From Octopus bimaculoides (lineage: Eukaryota), in assembly GCF_001194135.2 (NCBI RefSeq), contig NC_068981.1, forward strand, positions 60,135,149 through 60,199,148: a DNA stretch of 64,000 bases, given 5' to 3'. A program made the translations under genes and the position numbers. The notes below the pieces were generated by a model. That model did no database searches. It worked only from the letters and a program-made list of their open reading frames with translations, and was not told the DNA's origin. Of this stretch, positions 52,742-64,000 are shown one piece after another (position 1 is the stretch's first letter; each line of letters opens with the position of its first letter).

Positions 52742-53366
52742 CAAGCTGGGCGAAATGCTTAGCGGCATTTCATCTGTTTTCATGTTCTGAGTTCAAATTC
52801 TACCGAGGTCGTCTTTGCCATTCATCCTTTCAGGGTGGATGAAATAAGTACCAGTTGAACACTGTGGTTAATATGATCGACTTACTCCATTCCCGCAAAT
52901 TTCAGGCCTTGTGTCTATATTAGAAAGGATCATTATTATTGTTATTATTAACAGGCCGGGTGAAATACTTGGTGGCATTTCATCTGTCTTCACGTTTTTA
53001 GTTAAAATTCCGCCGAAGTCGACTTTGCCTTTTACCCTTTCGGGATCGATAAAAAAATGTACTATTTGAGTACTGGGGTGGATGCAGTCGAATTATGTCC
53101 TTCTTCAAATTTCAGACCTTCTGCCTAAAGTAGAAAAAATATTATTTTAAGGCGGCGAGCAAGCAGAATTGCTAGCACACCGGACAAAATGCTTAGCGGC
53201 ATTTCGTCTGTGTTTATGTTCTGAGTTCAAATTCCGCCGAGGTCGACTTTTTCTTTCACCCTTTCGGGGTAGATTAAATAAGTATCAGTTATGTACTGGG
53301 GTCGACGTAATCGACTACCCCCTCCCCAAAATGTCAGGCCTTGTGCCTTCTGTAGAAAGGATTATT
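52742..53366 (+). mobile_element. Head-to-tail array of three SINE family A copies
   Basis: Units at about 52742, 52953 and 53148, joined through TTA-rich tails. Confidence 0.9.
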
Positions 53367-54261
53367 ATACAAGGCACGTTACACTAAAGTAATTCAGTTA
53401 GAAGACAAGCGATTTTTACAAACTTTAAAGTCTTGATATTTTCAGGTATTTGTTGAGTATTTTTTTGCGTAATTGATTGTGAAAGCAATGGTCATTAGTT
53501 TTGAAAAAAAACAAAAAAAAAACATTATTCGAAAACTGATTTTTTAACAATATTTTCTGAATGAAATTTTACAAATACTGTCGTGTGAAGATACGGAGCG
53601 AAGCAGAGGAAATGACGTAAAAAAACCCCCAGACAATTAGAACTAGAGGAAAAGGAATGAAATCCTTCATTTCGATGAAAGAGAGCTGTCTTCCTGTAGT
53701 TAAACAAGTAAGAGATTGACAGTAACAACGTATGTAACACGGCCAACATGATCACTGGCTGTAGTAGGCAGAAACATCACCAAAAATCTGACCACCACCA
53801 CTAACACCGCTCAAAACAACAACAGCAACTATAACAATAGCTACAACAACAACTTACGTGATTAGAAGTGCCGACGCACCTACTGCCACTAGTAGTTCTA
53901 CTTATACAAAAATCTGTGTCAGAAATCGGAATTAGTTTAATAAAGCCAATTGCATCTGACACAATGGGTACCGAAACTGCTACTATCACATCCGCTGTGG
54001 TTGTCAATAACGGTCTATTTAGCAACAGCAATAATAGTGTGAACAATACTTAGAGTAAGTCAGCAAGAGCTTTAAGATAAATTAACCAACTTCGTGCTGG
54101 TAACGGAAAAGAGTAACGTAGAGGTGTACAGTGGTCAGGTACTAACGACCCAAAAGGGCCATGCATATCCGGGCACACAAGAACCAAAGAATTAAAGAGT
54201 GAAATATAAATTTCTTCACCACCACTACCACTACCGCCACCAATACAACCTGCTGAAGTTC

Positions 54262-54312
<51 letters not shown>

Positions 54313-54829
54313 GATAGCTACTTCACAATTAAAATTTATCGCTTGAGTACTAATATCACTAATTCTATGTAACTTTGTTAAAACAATCACCATATCTGTC
54401 AAACCTTACTGCTATTATCGCAGCTTTTCATGTCGCAGGTAAAAAAAAGAACAAAACGAAAACGACTTTGCTCATATTATCATTAATACTAAAACGTCAT
54501 CCGGTTACTGTGGGAATTAAACATTGTTACCTTTTGAATGTAAAACTGACACAAAGCAACTCCTGGTGCTGTAATTGTTTAGGCAATTGTAATTACTCTT
54601 CACAAGTGACTTTCCCACTATTGCTACATGCTACATGTGAATATTACATCTGCATGTACAAATGTATACACTTATTGCGTATATACGTTTATCTGTATAC
54701 TAGTGCGGCAGAATTGTATCCTATATTAACAATAACTACTTGTATTCCCACCACTTAATCGTTTATGACCTTGATTGCATGCTTCAAAATATGCTTTTAT
54801 TCTTTTGCTTGATGTTGGGGCACACGGCT

Positions 54830-55130
54830 GTAGAATTTAGTAGATCAAATCGACAGCAGTACTGATTCTTAAACGTGTTACATTAACTCTCTATTTTACT
54901 GAACTACTAAGTTACTGGAATTAAACAATACAACACCGATTGTAAAGCAGTGAGAGATAAGCACAAGTGTCGCCCTGGTATAGATGTGGGGCCGAGAAGC
55001 CTGCTCCCAAATCATGCGGTCTTATGTTCAGTTCCACAATGCAAAACATTGGCCTAGTTATCTTTTACAATAGCACAAGACCAACCAAAGTCTTGTGTGT
55101 GGATTTGGTCGATGGAAAAGAGAAGCATGT

Positions 55131-55135
<5 letters not shown>
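54830..55135. mobile_element. Two diverged SINE family B fragments in opposite orientation
   Basis: Minus-strand 3' tail at 54830-54965 and plus-strand 5' half at 54975-55135 (…cttgtgtgtggatttggtcgatggaaa). Confidence 0.6.
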
Positions 55136-55192
<57 letters not shown>

Positions 55193-55210
55193 TATGTACA
55201 CATATATAAC

Positions 55211-55324
55211 CAAGTGTGGCGTCCTATAGGGACAGTGCTACTGGCGTTTATAGCCCCAGGAAGACATCTCTTCCAGCTGGCTATAAACGCCAGTGGCACT
55301 GTCCCGTATAAGACGTCACACTTG
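55211..55324. repeat. 114-bp near-perfect hairpin (45/46-bp arms), MITE-like
   Basis: caagtgtggcgtcctatagggacagtgctactggcgtttatagcc versus the reverse complement of 55279-55324: 3 substitutions and 1 indel; the spacer holds ggaaga/tcttcc. Confidence 0.9.
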
Positions 55325-55649
55325 AATGGCAATTATATGTTACTATTCCGTATGGCTACTGTTTACATCTCGCTCAGAGATTTGATATTGTATATACGGC
55401 GGCTGGACAAAATAATGGAAACACCTAACATCATACCATGATGATTTTGAAATATCTATAAAACCGTCAAAAGCTTGTTTATGTTTATGTATTTTGATTA
55501 ATTATTAGTGTTGCTTAATATGTTTCGCCAAAATTGCTGTTTCCTGGCGTTGATGTAATTGTGTTATGCCCTCACCCTAACTTGCTGGCCTTGGGTCAAA
55601 ATTTGAAACCATTATTTAAGTTCTTTGTATGTTAGCAACCTAGCAGAAT

Positions 55650-55800
55650 CGAAGGCGGTGAGCTGGCAGAATCGTTAGCGCACCGGGCGAAATGCTTAGC
55701 GGTATTTCGTCTGCCGTTATGTTCTGAGTTCAAATTCCGCCGAGGTTGACTTTGCCTTTCATCATTTCGGGGTCGATAAATTAAATACCAGTTACGTACT
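55650..55800 (+). mobile_element. SINE family A, low divergence
   Basis: aaggcggtgagctggcagaatcgttagcgcaccgggcgaaatgcttagcggtatttcg…gagttcaaattccgccgagg…ggggtcgataaattaaataccagtt. Confidence 0.92.
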
Positions 55801-56008
55801 GAAACTGGATTACAATCCCAACCCACAAAAAGATACTTAATCATAATTAATATTGACCATATTGTATCTGTGTCACAACACTCTCTGTAGATAAATATGA
55901 AGTACGTGTGACGTACGAAATATCTATACAATCAACTATTCTCATACAAAGTATCTATGTAAGAAATATTAACCGTATATGTAAACACTCTGTCATTATA
56001 CATACATG

Positions 56009-56068
<60 letters not shown>

Positions 56069-56401
56069 NNNNNNNNNNNNNNNNNNNNNNNNNNNNNNNN
56101 NNNNNNNNNNNNNNNNNNNNNNNNNNNNNNNNNNNNNNNNNNNNNNNNNNNNNNNNNNNNNNNNNNNNNNNNNNNNNNNNNNNNNNNNNNNNNNNNNNNN
56201 NNNNNNNNNNNNNNNNNNNNNNNNNNNNNNNNNNNNNNNNNNNNNNNNNNNNNNNNNNNNNNNNNNNNNNNNNNNNNNNNNNNNNNNNNNNNNNNNNNNN
56301 NNNNNNNNNNNNNNNNNNNNNNNNNNNNNNNNNNNNNNNNNNNNNNNNNNNNNNNNNNNNNNNNNNNNNNNNNNNNNNNNNNNNNNNNNNNNNNNNNNNN
56401 N

Positions 56402-56440
<39 letters not shown>

Positions 56441-57039
56441 TGTCAAGTTGTTTATACCCTTCTATTCACAGAGTGGTAACTAACAATTTATTTATTCAGT
56501 AGTACAATATACAACTCAAACAAGACACTGCTTATATATCATTATTTTCTTGCTCCACTGAAATTGAAATTGACAATATACAGAATTACTTGTGTCTGAC
56601 AAAGTAAGTAATGGAGAAAGCTAATAAAAGGTCGGGTATTATCACGGATTCAGATTAAATTTGACATGTTTCGAAATATTTTCACCAGAATTATGCCACA
56701 GATAATGGTTTCTTATTCTGGTAAATGTGATGTAGTAATTATTAAAAAAACTCTGCTTCTATTTTGGTTCCTACTATAGCCGTTATGTCATCTATCAATT
56801 CTCACAGTTCTAACAGTACCAATTTTCTTCCGATCTCCATTTGTTAAGCATAGTTTTTTCATCTTTTCTCTACAACAGATTTTGTTTTAAAATTAAGAGT
56901 GAAAAATCAGGTTCCAATGACTATCTTCGATCCCTTCTAGTGTGCATGAAGTCCTTAGTAATAAACCGCGTAAATACTGAATCTAGGTACTGCTGAGAAG
57001 CTATTCGACAAATCCTAGAATATAATTAAATTATATGTT

Positions 57040-57530
57040 TTACGATACCGTGCATGCGAAATGGATATCTTTGCCTTTGTCCTGCGAGCCAAAATGAACT
57101 TGAAGCTCCTTTCTTCATTCTTTACCTAGCTAAAAGAAGCTCCAAATCATTAGGGCGTACTCAAGGCATCTTAGCCATATCAAATACCGGCTAAGGACCT
57201 GAAATATATCTGACTTCATTCAGTGCTTGAACGTTTGACATTTATTTGTCAGCACTTTATAAAGCAGTTTACCTTCTTCATTGATGAAGGATATAAAACG
57301 TAACTGTTCAATATATAACCCCCTCTTCTGCCAGACATAAGTCTTATATTGCAGTTCTTGTTTTTCAGATACACTAACATAGGCTTTCTGTTGTCCCCAG
57401 GTTCTTAGGAGAATGTTTGTAACTCTTTCACGACTGGAGCACATTTTGATCTCGCATACTTCATATCTAATTCGATGTCTTGACGATCCCATAAGTCAAA
57501 GCAAATATCAGGGTCAGGTGGAACCTGCTC
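57040..57530 (-). mobile_element. RLE-clade (HERO/R2-like) LINE, RT N-terminal remnant
   Basis: …WQKRGLYIEQLRFISFINEEGKLLYKVL… resembles IxQFRxISLLNVEGKIFFxVL; downstream NEERSFKFILARR..SISH resembles xxWLDLANAYGSIPH. Confidence 0.65.
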
Positions 57531-58344
57531 ATATAGCACCTTAGAGATCACAGTAAACACTATATAAATGGATCACATTTTTTACCTTACATGTGTTTAA
57601 AATATCCGATTAGTTGTGGCCAAAAAAGTCTTAATTATTTTGGGGGAATGGAAAGAATCTTGTCTAAGCGGTTCGTGAAATTTTCGCCTTCTCTCGTACG
57701 TTCTGTGCTCATCACATTTAAAAAAAAAGTTTCGTTTTATTTCATACACTAAGGATTAAAACAATATTTTCAATTGCGTCGCAGCTTCAATCAGTTCTTC
57801 AAATTTTTATTAAGTATCAGTGACAATTTCAATGTCCGTCTTTACCTTATCTTTAGATGGTAGGATTTAAAATTTAAATTATGTGTCCATTTAAACTTCT
57901 GCCATTACTATAAGATACATATAATTCAAATGCAAAAGTATTTGAAAGACTTATGAACATACAAACCTTTCCTCTCTTTTCATTAACAGAAAAATAGAAA
58001 TTATATTCGAAGCTTTTTAATTGAGAAAAATTATTGAAATTTTGATTCTCTTTCTTGATGTAGGCTTAATGAATATTCTTATAATATTGTTGAAATTACA
58101 CACTCTCATATATACCTATATGAGTGTGTGTGCGTGTGCATATAAAGCGAAATGGGATTCTTTACTAATCACTACGATCGTTTTGACCCATCATTCCTCG
58201 GTCACTCGCGGCTGAGATTCTGAGTGATTGGTTGTGGTGCAACGGTTACTACAACCGCTAACTTTTCTTACCTATATATAACCTATATATATATATATAT
58301 ATATGCATATATGCATGTGTATATATATATATTCTTTTATTTTT

Positions 58345-58685
58345 TTTACTTCTTTCAATCGTTTGACTGCGGCCACCTTTAGTTGAACAAATCGACCCCA
58401 GAACTTATTCTTTGTAAGCCGAGTACTTATTCTTTTCCCGAACCACTAAGTTACGGGGACGTAAACAAACCAACAACGGTTGCCAAGCGATGGTATGGGG
58501 ACCAACAGACACACACAAATATATGTATATACGACGGGATTCTTTCAGTTTTCGTCTGCCATGTCTACTCACAAGGCATTGGTCGGCCAGAGGGTATAGA
58601 AGAAGACACTTGCCCAAGGTGCTATGCTGTGTGACTGTATCCGGAACCATATGGTTGGGAAGCAGGCTTCTTACAACACAGCCAC
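58345..58685 (-). mobile_element. SINE family B, full length
   Basis: Reverse complement ggctgtgttgtaagaagcctgcttcccaaccatatggttccgg…ccttgggcaagtgtcttct…tactcggcttacaaagaataagttctggggtcg. Confidence 0.9.
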
Positions 58686-59579
58686 ATCTTACATGCCATG
58701 ATCCAATGTGGACTGCGTTTCTACTGACCATCATGCTATATTAAGTAGTGTCAAACACCTGTAAACAAATTAGTAAACCTAGTTTTCTGGAGCTATTAGA
58801 TTTCATGAGTAATAAAGAGGCTGAATACTTATTAATGTGGGATTGGTCATATAATGTAGACACTCTTAATGAGACTCCCATAAGAGCCGAAAATCAATTC
58901 ATTTCAATCTTCGAAATTTAAAGAGAAATAGGCAAATTTGACATCTTTATATCTCTATCGTATGGACTTGCATATATATCAGCATGTGTGTATGTGCATG
59001 CATGTGTTTATATATATATANNNNNNNNNNNNNNNNNNNNNNNNNNNNNNNNNNNNNNNNNNNNNNNNNNNNNNNNNNNNNNNNNNNNNNNNNNNNNNNN
59101 NNNNNNNNNNNNNNNNNNNNNNNNNNNNNNNNNNNNNNNNNNNNNNNNNNNNNNNNNNNNNNNNNNNNNNNNNNNNNNNNNNNNNNNNNNNNNNNNNNNN
59201 NNNNNNNNNNNNNNNNNNNNNNNNNNNNNNNNNNNNNNNNNNNNNNNNNNNNNNNNNNNNNNNNNNNNNNNNNNNNNNNNNNNNNNNNNNNNNNNNNNNN
59301 NNNNNNNNNNNNNNNNNNNNNNNNNNNNNNNNNNNNNNNNNNNNNNNNNNNNNNNNNNNNNNNNNNNNNNNNNNNNNNNNNNNNNNNNNNNNNNNNNNNN
59401 NNNNNNNNNNNNNNNNNNNNNNNNNNNNNNNNNNNNNNNNNNNNNNNNNNNNNNNNNNNNNNNNNNNNNNNNNNNNNNNNNNNNNNNNNNNNNNNNNNNN
59501 NNNNNNNNNNNNNNNNNNNNNNNNNNNNNNNNNNNNNNNNNNNNNNNNNNNNNNNNNNNNNNNNNNNNNNNNNNNNNNN

Positions 59580-59871
59580 GAAAACACCTGAAGCTCCACG
59601 AGGCTCCAGCAGGGGATGGTGGCGAACCCTGCTGTACTCTGTCACCACAACTTTCTCTCACTCTTTCTTCCTGTTTCTGTTGTTCCTGTATTTCAAAGGG
59701 TGAGCCTTGTCACACTGTGTCACGCTGAATATCCCCGAGAACTACGTTAAGGGTACACGTGTCTGTGGAGTGCTCAGCCACTTGCACATTAAATTCACGA
59801 GTAGGCTGTTTCGTTGATCAGATCAACTGGAACCCTCGACGTCGTAAGCGTTGGATTGCCAACAACAACAA
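59580..59871 (+). mobile_element. LINE 3' end / 3' UTR with (AAC)n tail (RTE-like)
   Basis: KHLKLHEAP… coding end followed by a GC-richer UTR ending in ggattgccaacaacaacaa. Confidence 0.5.
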
Positions 59872-60683
59872 TATATATATATATATATANNNNNNNNNNN
59901 NNNNNNNNNNNNNNNNNNNNNNNNNNNNNNNNNNNNNNNNNNNNNNNNNNNNNNNNNNNNNNNNNNNNNNNNNNNNNNNNNNNNNNNNNNNNNNNNNNNN
60001 NNNNNNNNNNNNNNNNNNNNNNNNNNNNNNNNNNNNNNNNNNNNNNNNNNNNNNNNNNNNNNNNNNNNNNNNNNNNNNNNNNNNNNNNNNNNNNNNNNNN
60101 NNNNNNNNNNNNNNNNNNNNNNNNNNNNNNNNNNNNNNNNNNNNNNNNNNNNNNNNNNNNNNNNNNNNNNNNNNNNNNNNNNNNNNNNNNNNNNNNNNNN
60201 NNNNNNNNNNNNNNNNNNNNNNNNNNNNNNNNNNNNNNNNNNNNNNNNNNNNNNNNNNNNNNNNNNNNNNNNNNNNNNNNNNNNNNNNNNNNNNNNNNNN
60301 NNNNNNNNNNNNNNNNNNNNNNNNNNNNNNNNNNNNNNNNNNNNNNNNNNNNNNNNNNNNNNNNNNNNNNNNNNNNNNNNNNNNNNNNNNNNNNNNNNNN
60401 NNNNNNNNNNNNNNNNNNNNNNNNNNNNNNNNNNNNNNNNNNNNNNNNNNNNNNNNNNNNNNNNNNNNNNNNNNNNNNNNNNNNNNNNNNNNNNNNNNNN
60501 NNNNNNNNNNNNNNNNNNNNNNNNNNNNNNNNNNNNNNNNNNNNNNNNNNNNNNNNNNNNNNNNNNNNNNNNNNNNNNNNNNNNNNNNNNNNNNNNNNNN
60601 NNNNNNNNNNNNNNNNNNNNNNNNNNNNNNNNNNNNNNNNNNNNNNNNNNNNNNNNNNNNNNNTATATATATATATATATATG

Positions 60684-60719
<36 letters not shown>

Positions 60720-60734
60720 CATATATTTATATAT

Positions 60735-60935
60735 GTATTTATGTGTCTGTGTTTGTCCCCCCATCATCGCTTGACAACCGATGTTGATATATTTACGTAC
60801 CCCTAACTTAGCGATTTGGCAAGAGAGACCGATAGGATAAGTACTAGGTTTACAAAGAATAAATCCTGGGTAGATTTGTTCGACTAAAGGCGGTGCTCCA
60901 GCATGTCTGCAGTCAAATGTTTGAAACAAATGAAA
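60735..60935 (+). mobile_element. SINE family B, 3' half
   Basis: gtttgtccccccatcatcgcttgacaaccgatg…gactaaaggcggtgctccagcatg…cagtcaaatg…gaaac. Confidence 0.88.
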
Positions 60936-61576
60936 GAAGAAAATAAATAAAAGAAAAAAATATAAATATATAATTAGACAAGTCGACCGTTGTGAGATTA
61001 TTTGCTAAAAGTACTAGACCGTTATTTTGTTTTCTCGAACCAGACTTAATAGCAGTTTGTTTTCAAATCGGGCCGTAAAGACCTGGAAGAACCACACTGC
61101 AAGACATTTTGTCAGGTTACTTACCGTTATTCCCAAACCTTGTCTCACTCAACGGGGAACAATTATAAACTACATACATGGCAATCTATTATAAACTACC
61201 AGTGCACATTCAGAAATATTCACCTGAAGGAAAGTGTATTAGATGCCTTGGAGGGAAGTTTTACAGTGACTGATTCTCTCTGGCTTTCTCACAAAGCAAC
61301 TTAATCCATTTTAAGCGAAAGGGAATTAAGGAGAGGAGAATGGGAGAGAATTATCGATCTTTATACTTAACATGTACTTTATTTATTGTCCCAAATCAAT
61401 GAAATGCAGTGTTGACCGCTGTAGGATATTAAGTCAGTGCTAGGACAAATACTGAAAGGAATCCTATCTAACATACCAATAACACAGTAAATAAAAATTT
61501 CAAAAATAACTGAAAAGAGAATGGAGCAGGTAGAATGCTGCAACATTTTGAGCGGAGAATGAGAGAAAAAGGAGAC

Positions 61577-61637
<61 letters not shown>

Positions 61638-62051
61638 AGAAAAAGTAGGAGAGAGAGAAAACATTAAAGAGAAAGTAACAATGTGAAACGTAAAACAGAG
61701 GCAAGAAAAACCTACGACGTAAAGCAGAAATATATGCACAAAAAAAATTACCTTCGTCATAACGTATAAATTTTCCCGTAAATTGAAGGTTCAATGTACA
61801 TACATACAGCTATGCATGCATACATATGTGTACGGGATATTCGATTGTAAGCTATATGAAATCCAGACTATTGATTTGAAAACCGGAAATATTTTATGCA
61901 TTAGTAAAATTTCCACATCAACAATGATATAGTCCGCTTCTTATGAAAAAAGGGAATGAGACAGTAATGTCTTCGCGTGGTTTCACACACCCTTTGAATA
62001 TCGCATATCATCCTTTCGACAACAACTGCGAAACACAAATTATCCAAGTTT

Positions 62052-62106
<55 letters not shown>

Positions 62107-62904
62107 GGCACTGCCTTAGATCAGTTACTTGAAGAGAGCTGCTGTACTACCCTGCCGTTAACTGTTCCAGCTGGTCGGAAGATTCCGGTCATTTGAACTA
62201 GATGTGCTTAGGCAACCTGAATTCGAATGGTTTAATATCGTTGCATTTTTATGACAATGAGTGGTCTTTCTTTCCATCGTAGTAATTTCATACAAACATA
62301 CAACTGAATGCAAAGAGTTAAAAATATATGTATAGAAAGATAATTGTAAGACAATAAAATATTAAACCATGCAGCATACAATATAAAAGGTAAAGGTCCG
62401 TTTGAACCTCTCTGAATATTTGAACATATTTGCTTCGATGTAACTATTTGTAAGTATAACCTGGAGGAATAGAAATAAAAGAAAAAGTTTTCGAAACAGG
62501 GTTGCACTTACTAAAGAAAAGTTTAGTGAGAGGAAAATATAAAGTTGCCTTACTATAAGAAAAGTTTGTTTAATTACAACTTTTAACACTAAATTAATTG
62601 CAAGTTCACCTTTCATTAATTTTTAAATACACATGCATAATAAATATGTAAAAACGCTAGTAGTAAATCGATATTCTTTGACAATCAACGAAAATCTAGC
62701 ATTCCTGCTCGATAATATGCATTTCTAATAATAAGACCAATTAAGTTGATAATAATCGCAATGATGATATTGACATTGACGAGACTGTTGAAGATGATAA
62801 TCATTGTTATCATGTTCATCATGATTTTAATTATTGCTAATGCTCCATTAAGCATTCACAGGCAATGAATTTTTAAGGCAGTAGAGCTACATATGAAATG
62901 CCTT

Positions 62905-63290
62905 GCGTTATTTAGTTATGCAACATTACGTTTGCGTAAAATCCCGCCCATTGTTAATTTTTGCGTTTCATCTTTCCAGGGTCAATAAAATAAGATCCAG
63001 TCGATCGATCTAATTGACTACAAGCACACACACAAAATTTGTGACTTTGTGCCCATGCCAAAAATTTGAAAGTTGAATCAGCTCAGTTGTAAAAACGATA
63101 AAAACGATAGAAACGATAGCTTGACAAAATGTTCTGTGGCATTTAGTTGTGGCCTTTCTGAGTTCAAGTCCAATATTATATCAATATTCTCTCACCCTCC
63201 TTTCAGAGACGATGGAACAAGGTACCAGTCAAGTCTAAGGATAGAATCCATTGTCTATATCCCAAACTTAAATTTGTAAACTTGTGCTAA
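62905..63290 (+). mobile_element. Two highly diverged SINE family A copies
   Basis: …gggtcaataaaataag…tttgtgcccatgccaaaaatttgaaag and …tctgagttcaagtcc…ggtaccagtc. Confidence 0.55.
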
Positions 63291-64000
63291 TGCTGTAAAA
63301 AATTATCATAAATTTTATCAATACCTTATAATGCATCCTTTTTAAATAACTAAAACGGTTAATACCGCATATCTATACGTTATGAATTCAAATCATCATG
63401 CAGTTCACTTTGTTATTTATCCTTCCGTCTTTGACGAATTAAATATTCTTTTATCTTGAAACTGAGTGAATCTGTTTTTCTGAAAGACTTTTAAATATTT
63501 ATTAACATATCACATTCATTGACCTTACTTAGTATCTCACACATAGGTAAAAATATAGTAAATGAAAAGTTTCGGTGATCAATATTCTAGTTGTTCGATC
63601 AACAGAAGTACCTGTTCATTGAGTTATTGTTTAAATAGCCGAGCATTCCACATAGACTTTTACACCTTAAGTAACCATTAGGCAGAAACAGGTGACACCA
63701 TTTGTGACTAGGCTGGTCTTCGAATTGCAGGCACAGCCCATCTTCCGTACTGTCAATTCAATTTTATTTACAAATGGTTAATCGATGCGCGGTTGTGTTA
63801 AATAACACACACTAGAATATAACATTAGAATTAAACTTGGGATCTTACTATTTCTATGAAAACTCTATAACTACTTGATTTTGCCAGCATCCATGATACA
63901 AATACAGTGACATACAAGAATGTATATATGATATGTGCGTATGTGCGTATTTTTGCATTTATGTATATATAGATTACGCATAAACACAAAAGTGAATGAA

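Overview
AT-rich eukaryotic genomic DNA, dense in microsatellites, with 14 N-gaps (about 4.7 kb in total, many flanked by (TA)n). The repeat content looks like a draft octopus (coleoid cephalopod) assembly; this is an inference from recognised repeat families, not a database match. No protein-coding host gene can be identified with confidence, so the window is probably intergenic or part of a very large intron, with only a few weak exon candidates. It contains: (i) more than 25 copies of three tRNA-derived SINE families, some in head-to-tail arrays; (ii) decayed non-LTR retrotransposons, both RLE-type (R4/Dong-like, CRE-like, HERO-like) and RTE-type, several inserted in (TAA)n or (CATA)n microsatellites; (iii) one near-full-length dead mariner with TIRs and a TA duplication; (iv) a possible solo LTR and a possible MULE remnant. 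The most notable signal is five type-I hammerhead-ribozyme-like motifs from three unrelated sequence families. Two families occur as inverted pairs: a ~200-bp palindrome, and a tRNA-headed SINE whose hammerhead tail is also present as an inverted copy at its 5' end, a Penelope-like architecture. Also notable is a covarying 3'-UTR stem-loop shared by two divergent R4/Dong-like LINEs. Most ORFs in the supplied track are microsatellite or N-gap artefacts.
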